Of a DNA stretch of 32,000 bases, positions 21,912 through 29,991 are shown piece after piece (within the stretch, counting starts at the first letter, position 1; each line of letters begins with the position of its first letter). The notes beneath the pieces are model-generated. The model ran no database searches. It was not told the DNA's origin and worked only from the letters and a program-made list of their open reading frames with translations. The position numbers and the translations under genes are program-made. Origin of the DNA: Sinorhizobium meliloti (GTDB taxonomy: Bacteria > Pseudomonadota > Alphaproteobacteria > Rhizobiales > Rhizobiaceae). Location: NCBI RefSeq assembly GCF_017876815.1, contig NZ_JAGIOS010000002.1, forward strand, positions 870,001 to 902,000, in the 5' to 3' direction.

Positions 21912-23729
21912 ATGCCGAACACTTCCGACATCCTCATCGACACGCTTATCGAATGGAAGGTCGATGTCGTCTTCGGCCTGCCCGGAGACGGCATCAACGG
22001 CATCATGGAGGCGCTCAGGAGGCGGCAGGATCGCATCCGGTTCGTTTCCGTGCGCCACGAGCAATCGGCCGCCTTCATGGCATGCGCCTATGCCAAATTC
22101 ACCGGCAGACTTGGCGTCTGCCTCGCCACATCGGGCCCGGGCGGCACAAATCTGCTGACCGGCCTCTACGATGCGAAGCTGGACCAGATGCCGGTGCTCG
22201 CGATCACCGGCATGCAGTATCACGACCTGATCGAGACGTTCTCACAGCAGGACGTCGATCTCACCCGCGTCTTCGAAAACGTCGCCGTCTACAACGCGCA
22301 GGTGAACGACGCAGCCCACATGGAAAACCTCGCAAACCTTGCCTGCCGGTCGGCGCTCTCCAAGCGCGGCGTGGCGCATCTTTCGATCGCCAACGACGTG
22401 CAGGAGCGGATGGCAGATGGCGGGCGGTCCCGCCGCAACCGGCCGGGGCACATGCCAAGCCGGTATTTCGCCGGCAAGCTCGTGCCCCTCGAAAGCGATC
22501 TTTCGAGAGCGGCGGATCTCCTGAATGCGGGCAGGAAGGTGGCAATTCTTGCGGGGCGCGGCGCACTCGAGGCGAAGGAGGCTCTGCGCGAGACGGCGGA
22601 ACTGCTGGGCGCGCCGGTGGCGAAGGCTCTTCTCGGCAAGGCGGTGCTGCCCGACGACGACCCGCTGACCACCGGCGGCATCGGCATACTCGGCACCGCG
22701 CCGTCGCAGGAGATCATGCAGCAATGCGACACGCTGCTCATCATCGGCTCGACCTTCCCCTATATCGAATATTATCCCAGGCCGAACACGGCAGCCGGAA
22801 TCCAGATCGACCATGACCCGCAGCGCATCGGTCTGCGCTACCCCGTCGAGGTCGGGCTGGTCGGCGAGGCAGGCGAGACCCTCCGCATGCTCAACAAGCG
22901 GCTCAAACGCAAGCAGGACAGGTCGTTCCTCGAGCGGGCGCAAGAGCAGACGCGAAACTGGCGCCGGGAGCTGCGGGCGATGGAAGGCGACAGGAGTTCT
23001 CCCCTGAAACCGCAGGCGGCGGTCGCGGCTTTCGGCCGGCGCATCGCGAAGAAGGGTATCGTCGTCACCGACTCCGGACAGAACACCGAGCTTGCGGCCC
23101 GTCATCTCGATCTCGGTGCGGACCACATGTTCGCGGTCTCCGGCGCCCTCGCCTCGATGGCCTCGGGCCTGCCCTATGCTATCGCGGCGGGCATCGCGAT
23201 GCCGGACCGCCCGGTCTATGCGGTCGTCGGCGACGGCGGCTTCGCGATGCAGCTCGGCGAATTTGCGACAGCCGTCGGATACCGGCTTCCTTTGAAGCTC
23301 CTGGTGATCCGAAACGACATGCTGAACCAGATCGCCTGGGAGCAGATGATGTTTCTCGGCAATCCGCAATTCGCCTGCGAATTGCCGCCGATCGATTTCG
23401 CCGCCGCGGCGGAGGCCATGGGCGGCCGGGGCTTCACCGTCCGGTCCTTCGGCGAACTGGACGGGATCATGGATCAGGCCTTCGCCGTGGATGGGCCGGT
23501 GGTCATCCAGGCGCTGGTCGACCGCTACGAGCCGCTGATGCCGCCGAAAATGCCGGCGGACTACGCCCGGAACTTCCGTGCCGCGCTTCCGGAAACGCCG
23601 GGGCACGAGAAGATCGAGGAAATCCTCAGGAATTCCTCCGTCGGCAGGAAGGTAACCGACGAGGAGCCGCAGCCGCCGCATGAGGCGGCGCCGGACGAGA
23701 ACACCGGCGAATTGCCGGGAATTCCGTAG
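21912..23729 (+). CDS. Thiamine-pyrophosphate enzyme, pyruvate oxidase / pyruvate dehydrogenase (quinone) PoxB-like
   Basis: N-terminal GLPGDGINGIMEAL and ATSGPGGTNLLTGL. TPP-binding VVGDGGFAMQLGEF...LKLLVIRNDMLN. GGAGGAGGGG RBS. An acidic and Pro-rich C-terminal tail is present. Confidence 0.85.
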   Translation: MPNTSDILIDTLIEWKVDVVFGLPGDGINGIMEALRRRQDRIRFVSVRHEQSAAFMACAYAKFTGRLGVCLATSGPGGTNLLTGLYDAKLDQMPVLAITGMQYHDLIETFSQQDVDLTRVFENVAVYNAQVNDAAHMENLANLACRSALSKRGVAHLSIANDVQERMADGGRSRRNRPGHMPSRYFAGKLVPLESDLSRAADLLNAGRKVAILAGRGALEAKEALRETAELLGAPVAKALLGKAVLPDDDPLTTGGIGILGTAPSQEIMQQCDTLLIIGSTFPYIEYYPRPNTAAGIQIDHDPQRIGLRYPVEVGLVGEAGETLRMLNKRLKRKQDRSFLERAQEQTRNWRRELRAMEGDRSSPLKPQAAVAAFGRRIAKKGIVVTDSGQNTELAARHLDLGADHMFAVSGALASMASGLPYAIAAGIAMPDRPVYAVVGDGGFAMQLGEFATAVGYRLPLKLLVIRNDMLNQIAWEQMMFLGNPQFACELPPIDFAAAAEAMGGRGFTVRSFGELDGIMDQAFAVDGPVVIQALVDRYEPLMPPKMPADYARNFRAALPETPGHEKIEEILRNSSVGRKVTDEEPQPPHEAAPDENTGELPGIP

Positions 23730-23747
23730 AGCGCATTCCCGCCGACG

Positions 23748-23772
23748 GGAACAAAGCATGCCTTCTTCGGTT
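23748..23772 (+). promoter_or_regulatory. EcfG/RpoE2-type promoter motif (GGAAC-N16-gGTT) for the ASRT-family / lactone-oxidase pair
   Basis: GGAAC at 23748-23752 and GGTT at 23769-23772. It lies 34 nt upstream of the ATG at 23806. Confidence 0.6.
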
Positions 23773-23805
23773 CGAACCGGAAGTATGGGCTTCGAGGACC
23801 CGAGA

Positions 23806-24198
23806 ATGACGCATGCTATAGGCAGCAGGCGATGGGCAATCGCCGACGGCTACATCCCTTCTTCGAGCGCGAGCGACGATCCCGCGCTCGTCTCCCCAGC
23901 GCTCGTCTCCCATGAAAGCGCCTGCATCCTGAATACCGGTGACACGCCGGCCAAGGTCGAGATCATGCTGTTCTTTTCCGACCGGGAGCCCGCAGGTCCG
24001 TACCGTGTAACCGTCGCGGCCCGCCGGACGGTCCACCTGCGTTTCAACGATCTCGACGATCCGGAGCGCGTGCCGCGGGACACGCCCTATGCCTCGCTGA
24101 TCGAATCCGACACGCCGATCGTCGTGCAGCAGACGCGGCTCGATTCCCGGCAACCGCCCCACGCTCTCTTGAGCACAATCGCCTATTGCCAGGAGTAG
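23806..24198 (+). CDS. Sensory-rhodopsin-transducer (ASRT) family protein, copy 1 (130 aa)
   Basis: MTHAIGSRRWAIADGYIP...SHESACILNTGDTPAKVEIMLFFSDREPAGPYRVTVAARRTVHLRFNDL...IVVQQTRLDSRQ matches my memory of the ASRT family core. GAGGA RBS lies 7 nt upstream. It parallels the start of its paralogue at 25550. Confidence 0.7.
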   Translation: MTHAIGSRRWAIADGYIPSSSASDDPALVSPALVSHESACILNTGDTPAKVEIMLFFSDREPAGPYRVTVAARRTVHLRFNDLDDPERVPRDTPYASLIESDTPIVVQQTRLDSRQPPHALLSTIAYCQE

Positions 24199-24199
24199 C

Positions 24200-25429
24200 A
24201 TGCCGAACACACCGTGGAGTGCTACCTCTCAGAACCTCGGCCAGGATTTTCACAACTGGTCGGGCGGCCTGCGCTTTCGTCCGTCGCGTCTGGATGTGCC
24301 GGAAGACGAGGAAACCGTGGCGGCGCTCGTGCGCGCAGCCGCGCGGCAGGGCCGCAGCATACGGCCGGTCGGCTCGGCCCATTCGTCGAGCGAGATTTAC
24401 GTGACCGACGACATCCTGGTCTCCATGGCCGGCATCTGCGGCTTACGCGAGCATGATGCGCAACACCACCGCGCCACGGTCGGCGCCGGCTCGCAGCTGA
24501 CCGAGCTCAGCAAGGAGCTGCAGGCAGCCGGCATGACGCTCTCAAACTTCGGCGACGTGGCCACCCAGACCGTCGGCGGTGCGATCGGAACCGGAACGCA
24601 TGGGTCCGGACGGGATTTCCCCAACCTGTCGATGATGCTCGTGGGCGGCCGCCTGGTCACCGCCGGGGGTGAGATAAGGACGTTCGACGTGGAAGAGGAG
24701 CCGGATTTCGTGCGGGCCCTGCGCGTCTCCTTCGGGACGCTCGGCATTCTCACCTGGACCACTCTGAAGCTCGAGCCGCTGCACGATCTGCACCGCCAGG
24801 AATGGTGCCTTGCCTTCGAGCCATGCATGGAGGTGCTCGATAAGCTCTCCCGCGAAAACCGGAACTTCGATTTCTACTGGTATCCCCGCTCCGACGAGGT
24901 GAAGATCCGTTGCCTCAACCCGCCCGGCGAGGAGAAGGATTACGGCGCCTTCGCACGGCTGGCAAAGGACGAAACCGGCCCGCCGCACGAGGTCATTCCC
25001 CAGCACAGCGACCTTCCGCATCGTTTCGAGGAGATGGAATATTCCATGCCCGCCGAAGCGGGGCCGGAATGCCTCGGAAAGCTGCGCGCGCGGATCAAGG
25101 AAAGATGGCGCCGCTCCGTCGGCTGGCGTCTGCTTTTTCGCTACATCAAGGCCGACGACAGCTGGCTCAGCGAGGCGTATGGGCGGAATTCCGTGAGCAT
25201 ATCGCTTCATCAAAATGCGACGCTCCCCTATTGGGACTTCTTTCTCGACCTCGAACCGATCATGCGCGATCACGGCGGGCGGCCGCATTGGGCGAAGAAG
25301 CACAGCCTTCGCGCAGCCGAGCTCAGACCCCTTTACCCGATGTGGGATCGTTTTCTCGCGGTCCGACAGGAAATGGATCCGGGCGGACGGTTTCTCACGC
25401 CGTATCTGCGCGGGCTTTTCGGGTGCTAG
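24200..25429 (+). CDS. FAD-linked oxidase of the D-arabinono-1,4-lactone / L-gulonolactone oxidase (ALO/GULO) family
   Basis: PCMH FAD-binding part: IRPVGSAHSSS and GGAIGTGTHGSG. The C-terminal ALO domain carries GGRPHWAKKH (the HWAK motif). The ATG at 24200 lies 1 nt after the upstream TAG. Confidence 0.8.
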   Translation: MPNTPWSATSQNLGQDFHNWSGGLRFRPSRLDVPEDEETVAALVRAAARQGRSIRPVGSAHSSSEIYVTDDILVSMAGICGLREHDAQHHRATVGAGSQLTELSKELQAAGMTLSNFGDVATQTVGGAIGTGTHGSGRDFPNLSMMLVGGRLVTAGGEIRTFDVEEEPDFVRALRVSFGTLGILTWTTLKLEPLHDLHRQEWCLAFEPCMEVLDKLSRENRNFDFYWYPRSDEVKIRCLNPPGEEKDYGAFARLAKDETGPPHEVIPQHSDLPHRFEEMEYSMPAEAGPECLGKLRARIKERWRRSVGWRLLFRYIKADDSWLSEAYGRNSVSISLHQNATLPYWDFFLDLEPIMRDHGGRPHWAKKHSLRAAELRPLYPMWDRFLAVRQEMDPGGRFLTPYLRGLFGC

Positions 25430-25486
25430 AGCGGGATGAGGAAAAGTGTGCGCGGTTTTCCGCCCGCATCCCGCTCTAATTTTTTG
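25428..25486 (+). terminator. Compound hairpin plus T-tract. It is a terminator-like or REP-like palindromic element after the oxidase gene.
   Basis: AGAGCGGGATG (25428-25438) and CATCCCGCTCT (25467-25477) are exact reverse complements. An inner GGAAAA/TTTTCC stem is present. AATTTTTT follows. Confidence 0.55.
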
Positions 25487-25501
25487 GAATCGATCACGTT
25501 C

Positions 25502-25531
25502 ATGTTTTTAGGTCGACCCGACTAAAAACAT
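25502..25531. promoter_or_regulatory. AT-rich 10-bp inverted repeat ATGTTTTTAG-N10-CTAAAAACAT, a candidate operator upstream of ASRT copy 2
   Basis: The arms are exact reverse complements. The repeat lies 19-48 nt upstream of the ATG at 25550 and is the most AT-rich patch of this intergenic region. Confidence 0.4.
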
Positions 25532-25549
25532 CGTGGTCTAGGAGGGCGC

Positions 25550-25945
25550 ATGCAGGCGATCGGCAAGAGGCGATGGACGATAGCCGGGGGGCGCATTCCC
25601 CTTGAAAGCAACGGCACGGAACCCGAATTCACGAGCCGGGACGAGATCGCGGTGCTCAACTGTTGCGACAGCCCGGCCAGGCTGCGCATTCATATCCATT
25701 ATGCGGATCGTCCGGCTGTCGGACCTTATGAGGTGGAGGTCGCCGCGAGGCGGGTCCGCCGCATCCGCTTCAACGACCTGATCTTTCCCGAGGCGCTGCC
25801 GCTGGACGAGGATTTCGGCGCAGTCATCGACGCGGATATTCCCGTGGTCGTGCAATTTACCCGCCTCGACAGCGGCACAGCATCGCGCAGCGCGGTGGCG
25901 ACCGCGGCCTATGCGGAGCGGAACCTTCAAGGGAGCGGACGATGA
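25550..25945 (+). CDS. Sensory-rhodopsin-transducer (ASRT) family protein, copy 2 (131 aa)
   Basis: MQAIGKRRWTIAGGRIP...RDEIAVLNCCDSPARLRIHIHYADRPAVGPYEVEVAARRVRRIRFNDL...VVVQFTRLDSG aligns by eye along its full length with 23806..24198. AGGAGGG RBS. The stop overlaps the next start as ATGA. Confidence 0.7.
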   Translation: MQAIGKRRWTIAGGRIPLESNGTEPEFTSRDEIAVLNCCDSPARLRIHIHYADRPAVGPYEVEVAARRVRRIRFNDLIFPEALPLDEDFGAVIDADIPVVVQFTRLDSGTASRSAVATAAYAERNLQGSGR

Positions 25946-27576
25946 AAGAGGCGCCGTGGTTCTCGAGCTCGGTCATCTATGGAATCGACGTGCGCAGATT
26001 TTCGGACGGAAATGGCGACGGGATCGGCGACTTCATAGGTCTCAAGGAGCGCGTGTCTTATCTGCACTATCTGGGCATCGACTGTGTCTGGCTCTCGCCC
26101 TTCTTCAGGTCCCCCTTTGCCGATAACGGCTACGACGTCAGCGACTATTATTCCATCGATCCGGTTCTCGGAACGCTGGACGACTTCCTGGATTTCCTGC
26201 ACGCCGCCGGCGAACAGGGCATTCGCGTCGTCGTCGATCTCGTCGCCAACCACACATCCAGCGAGCATCCGTGGTTCCAGGCGGCGCGGCGCGACGCGAG
26301 GTGCCGCTTCCGCGACTATTACGTCTGGTCGGAAAGCCCGCCGCCGGTCGCTCCGGACAACAAGACGGCGTTTCCCGGCGAGGAAAGCAGTGTCTGGACC
26401 TATGACGATCTCGCCCAGGCCTATTACTTCCACAAGTTCCGCCATTTCCAGCCGGACCTGAACATCGCCAACCCGGCGGTGCGAGACGAATTGCTTCGTG
26501 TAGTCGACTATTGGCTGACATTGGGCGTCGACGGATTCCGGGTGGATGCCGCGCCATTCGTAATCGGCGAAACCGGCATAGAGCACGCGGACCCCAGGGA
26601 CCCCCAGGGCTTTCTCAGGGAAATGCGCAAGCTGGTCGACGGGAGGCGCCAGGACGGCCTTCTGCTCGGCGAAGCGGACCTGGCGCCGGAAAAGCTGCGG
26701 TCCTATTTCGGCGACGGAAAGCTCGACCTTCTGTTCAACTTCGTGTTGTGTGCGGCTTTCGCCGCGAGCCTCGCGGGGCAGAAGGCCGACCCCATCGGCC
26801 AGGCGCTTTCGATCATGCCAGAGCCGCCTCCCCATCGCGGCTGGGCGAACTTCCTTCGCAATCTCGACGAACTGAACCTCGATCGCCTGCCGGAAGACAT
26901 TCGAGAGGAAACCTTTGCGGCCTTCGCCCCGGATGAGGAGATGCGGATCTACGGACGCGGCATCAGGCGCCGCCTTGCGCCGATGCTGGACGGAAACCGG
27001 GCGAGAATAGAACTCGCCTTCAGTCTGCTTCTGTCTTCCCCGGGCGTGCCGCTCATTCTCTACGGCGACGAGATCGGCCTTGGCGAGGACCTTTCCCGAC
27101 CGGGCCGGGAGCCGGTCCGCGTGCCCATGCAGTGGAATACGGGTTCCAATGCCGGCTTCTCCACCGCCCAGCGCGCCAAACTCGTCCAGCCGCCGGTGAC
27201 AGACGGCCCATTCTCCTTCAAGCGGGTCAATGTCGAAGCTCAGCGTGAGGACCCGGGGTCGCTTCTGAACCGCGTGCGGGCGATGATCCTGGCGCGGCGC
27301 CGGCACGAGCTCTTCAACAGGGGACGCCCGGTCATGCTGCACACCGGAGACCCGGCGCTGTTCGCGCTGGCCTATTCCGACGGCACCGAACTATTCGTGG
27401 TGCTGCACAATCTTTCGGACGGCAAGCGGCGGGCGGAGCTCGAACTGCCCGGCGCAATCGACGCCAGGCTCAATGACATTCTCGGCGAGGGTGAGGTCGA
27501 GCTTTCCGGGCAGCGTCTGGCGATAGGGCTCGGTCCGTTCGGCTACGTCTGGCTTCATTCGGGAAAGAAGGATTGA
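25942..27576 (+). CDS. GH13 alpha-amylase-family protein, trehalose synthase (TreS)-like
   Basis: DGNGDGIGDFIGL; region I VVDLVANHTS; region II GVDGFRVDAAP; region III LLGEADLAPEKLRSYFGDG (TreS-like). Region IV reads FLRNLDEL rather than the usual FLRNHDEL. Confidence 0.8.
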   Translation: MKEAPWFSSSVIYGIDVRRFSDGNGDGIGDFIGLKERVSYLHYLGIDCVWLSPFFRSPFADNGYDVSDYYSIDPVLGTLDDFLDFLHAAGEQGIRVVVDLVANHTSSEHPWFQAARRDARCRFRDYYVWSESPPPVAPDNKTAFPGEESSVWTYDDLAQAYYFHKFRHFQPDLNIANPAVRDELLRVVDYWLTLGVDGFRVDAAPFVIGETGIEHADPRDPQGFLREMRKLVDGRRQDGLLLGEADLAPEKLRSYFGDGKLDLLFNFVLCAAFAASLAGQKADPIGQALSIMPEPPPHRGWANFLRNLDELNLDRLPEDIREETFAAFAPDEEMRIYGRGIRRRLAPMLDGNRARIELAFSLLLSSPGVPLILYGDEIGLGEDLSRPGREPVRVPMQWNTGSNAGFSTAQRAKLVQPPVTDGPFSFKRVNVEAQREDPGSLLNRVRAMILARRRHELFNRGRPVMLHTGDPALFALAYSDGTELFVVLHNLSDGKRRAELELPGAIDARLNDILGEGEVELSGQRLAIGLGPFGYVWLHSGKKD

Positions 27577-27577
27577 G

Positions 27578-28564
27578 ATGGCGAGCATCGGCTATCACGC
27601 ATCGCACGAGCAGTTCACCCCGCTCGACCTGTTGAACTGGGCGCGGGCGGCGGAAGAGGCCGGGTTCGATTGCACCATGTCCTCCGACCATCTGGCGCCC
27701 TGGAGCGAACGCCAGGGGCAAAGCGGCTTTGCCTGGGCCTGGCTGGGTGCCGCCCTCCAGGCAACTGAGCGGAAGTTCGGCCTCGTCACGGTTCCCTGCG
27801 GCTGGCGCTATCACCCGGTGATAACGGCCCAGGCCGCCGCAACCCTTGCCCAGATGTTTCCGCGGCGCCTTGCCTGGCTTGCGCTCGGCACGGGCGAGGC
27901 ACTGAACGAACACGTCGTCGGCGGTGCCTGGCCCGGAAAGGCGGAACGAAACGCCAGGCTGCGCGAGGCGGTCGACGTCATCCGCGAGCTTTTTGCCGGC
28001 CGGACGGTGACGAGGGACGCGCCCATTGCCGTCTCCGAGGCCCGGCTTTATACGCTTCCCGAAACTCCGCCTGCGCTGATCGCAGCGGCTTTGACGCCCG
28101 AAACGGCGGAAGGTGCCGGCGAATGGGCCGACGGCCTCATCACCGTCAATCAGTCGCCGGAAAAGCTCGCGGCGATCGCCCAGGCCTTCAAGCGCGGCGG
28201 CGGCGACGGCAAGCCGCTCTGTCTTCAGGTCCATGTGTCCTATGCCCGAAGCGACGAGGAGGCGCGGCGGAACGCCTTCGACCAGTGGCGGAGCAATGCG
28301 CTCAGCGCCTTTCAGTCGGAAACCCTGAGGACGCCGGGCGACATAGAAACCGCGACGAGCGGTGTCCGCCCGGAGGACCTCGACGCCTATGTCCGCATTT
28401 CTTCCGATCCGGGGCGGCACCTCGCCTGGATCGAAGAGGATATCGCGGCAGGCTTCGACGAGATCTACCTCCACAATGTCGGGCGCAATCAGCTCGAATT
28501 CATCGGCGTCTTCGGGCGCACGGTGCTGCCGCGCGTGCGCGCTTCCCGACCGGCAACCGAGTAA
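27578..28564 (+). CDS. Luciferase-like monooxygenase (LLM) class oxidoreductase of the F420-dependent glucose-6-phosphate dehydrogenase-related branch (probable non-F420 flavinoid type)
   Basis: MASIGYHASHEQFTPLDLL...GFDCTMSSDHLAPWSERQGQSGFAWAWLGAALQAT...RYHPVITAQAAATLAQMFPRRLAWLALGTGEALNEH follows the FGD-like family pattern. The ATG lies 1 nt after the GH13 stop. Confidence 0.75.
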   Translation: MASIGYHASHEQFTPLDLLNWARAAEEAGFDCTMSSDHLAPWSERQGQSGFAWAWLGAALQATERKFGLVTVPCGWRYHPVITAQAAATLAQMFPRRLAWLALGTGEALNEHVVGGAWPGKAERNARLREAVDVIRELFAGRTVTRDAPIAVSEARLYTLPETPPALIAAALTPETAEGAGEWADGLITVNQSPEKLAAIAQAFKRGGGDGKPLCLQVHVSYARSDEEARRNAFDQWRSNALSAFQSETLRTPGDIETATSGVRPEDLDAYVRISSDPGRHLAWIEEDIAAGFDEIYLHNVGRNQLEFIGVFGRTVLPRVRASRPATE

Positions 28565-28656
28565 GTTGACGACAGCAGTCTAGCCGGTTTTCCACCTTGA
28601 CGTCTGATGCATTATGTTCCCCCAATGCCGGCAGGATCGGGCGGGAGGGGTGCGGC

Positions 28657-29904
28657 TTGTACGACTATTGCATCATCGGAGGCGGCATCGTCGGTCTTGC
28701 GACCGCTATGGCGCTGCAGGAAAGGATGGGCGGCGCCAGGATCGTGCTTCTGGAAAAGGAGCGGGAGCTTGCGCGGCATCAGACGGGCCACAACAGCGGT
28801 GTGATCCATGCCGGGATTTACTATGCACCGGGATCCCTGAAAGCGAAGCTGTGCCGCGAGGGAGCGGAGGCCACGAAAGAATTCTGCACCGGGAACGGCA
28901 TATCGTTCGAAACCTGCGGCAAATTGCTGGTCGCGACGAACGATGCCGAGATCGAGCGCATGGAGAGCCTGGAAGAAAGAGCGCAGCAGAATGGGATCGA
29001 ATACACTCGCCTGTCGAAGTCGCAACTGCGATCGGACGAGCCTAACATCGCCGGCCTCGGTGCGCTTCTCGTCCATGCGACGGGGATCGTCGATTATTCG
29101 GCCGTTTGCCGGGCGATGGCCGAGCGCATCGAAGTCCGGGGCGGCGAAATCCGGTGCGGGGTCGAGGCCACTGCCATTGCCGAAGAGGATGGCGGCGTGC
29201 GGATCGCAAGTGCAACCGGCCGCATCGAAGCGCGCAGGCTGATCGCCTGCGCCGGCCTGCAGTCCGACCGCATCGCGCTCATGGCCGGCCTCAGCATCGA
29301 CCACCGCATCGTTCCGTTCCGGGGCGAATATTACGTGTTGCCGGCATCGAAGGCCGGTATGACCAGGCGCCTCATCTACCCCATTCCCGACCCGGACCTG
29401 CCTTTCCTCGGAATTCACCTGACCCGGACGATCGACGGAGGCATGACCGTCGGCCCCAATGCGGTGCTGGGCTTTGCCCGCGAGGGCTACCCGAAGGGCA
29501 GCTTCAAAGCGGCCGATGTGGCGAACATGGCGGCGTTTCCCGGCTTCTGGAAAATGGCGGCGAAGAACTGGCGTTCGGCGATCACGGAATTCGCCAATTC
29601 GGCATCGCGGTTCCGCTATCTGCGGGAGTGCCGGAAATACTGCCCGTCGCTCACGATAGACGACCTCGCAGTCCCGCAGGCCGGCATCCGGGCGCAGGCG
29701 GTCATGGCCGACGGCAGCCTCGTCCACGACTTTCTCTTCAAACAGACCGAAAGGATGCTCCACGTCTGCAACGCGCCGTCGCCGGCTGCGACCTCGGCAA
29801 TTCCGATCGGCCGCATGATCGTCGATCGCCTGCTCGACGGGGCTCCTCCCGCGACGGAACGATCACAATCGCTTCATGGGACTCATGCGCAACTTCATCG
29901 GTAG
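28657..29904 (+). CDS. lhgO: L-2-hydroxyglutarate oxidase/dehydrogenase
   Basis: YDYCIIGGGIVGLATA (FAD), HQTGHNSGVIHAGIYYAPGSLKAKLC, PFRGEYY, IYPIPDPDLPFLGIHLTRTIDGGMTVGPNAVLGFAREGY and CNAPSPAATSAIPIG closely track E. coli LhgO (YgaF). The probable start is TTG at 28657, 6 nt after GGGAGGGG. The track start at 28597 is another TTG. Confidence 0.9.
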   Translation: MYDYCIIGGGIVGLATAMALQERMGGARIVLLEKERELARHQTGHNSGVIHAGIYYAPGSLKAKLCREGAEATKEFCTGNGISFETCGKLLVATNDAEIERMESLEERAQQNGIEYTRLSKSQLRSDEPNIAGLGALLVHATGIVDYSAVCRAMAERIEVRGGEIRCGVEATAIAEEDGGVRIASATGRIEARRLIACAGLQSDRIALMAGLSIDHRIVPFRGEYYVLPASKAGMTRRLIYPIPDPDLPFLGIHLTRTIDGGMTVGPNAVLGFAREGYPKGSFKAADVANMAAFPGFWKMAAKNWRSAITEFANSASRFRYLRECRKYCPSLTIDDLAVPQAGIRAQAVMADGSLVHDFLFKQTERMLHVCNAPSPAATSAIPIGRMIVDRLLDGAPPATERSQSLHGTHAQLHR

Positions 29905-29991
29905 TGCATCGAGCCGCCGCTTCCTTTACTTTCGCCCCTGCCATGCGCACACTCTGCCGGAGGAGCAAGCGCGGTCCGTTGGGAGGCGGTG

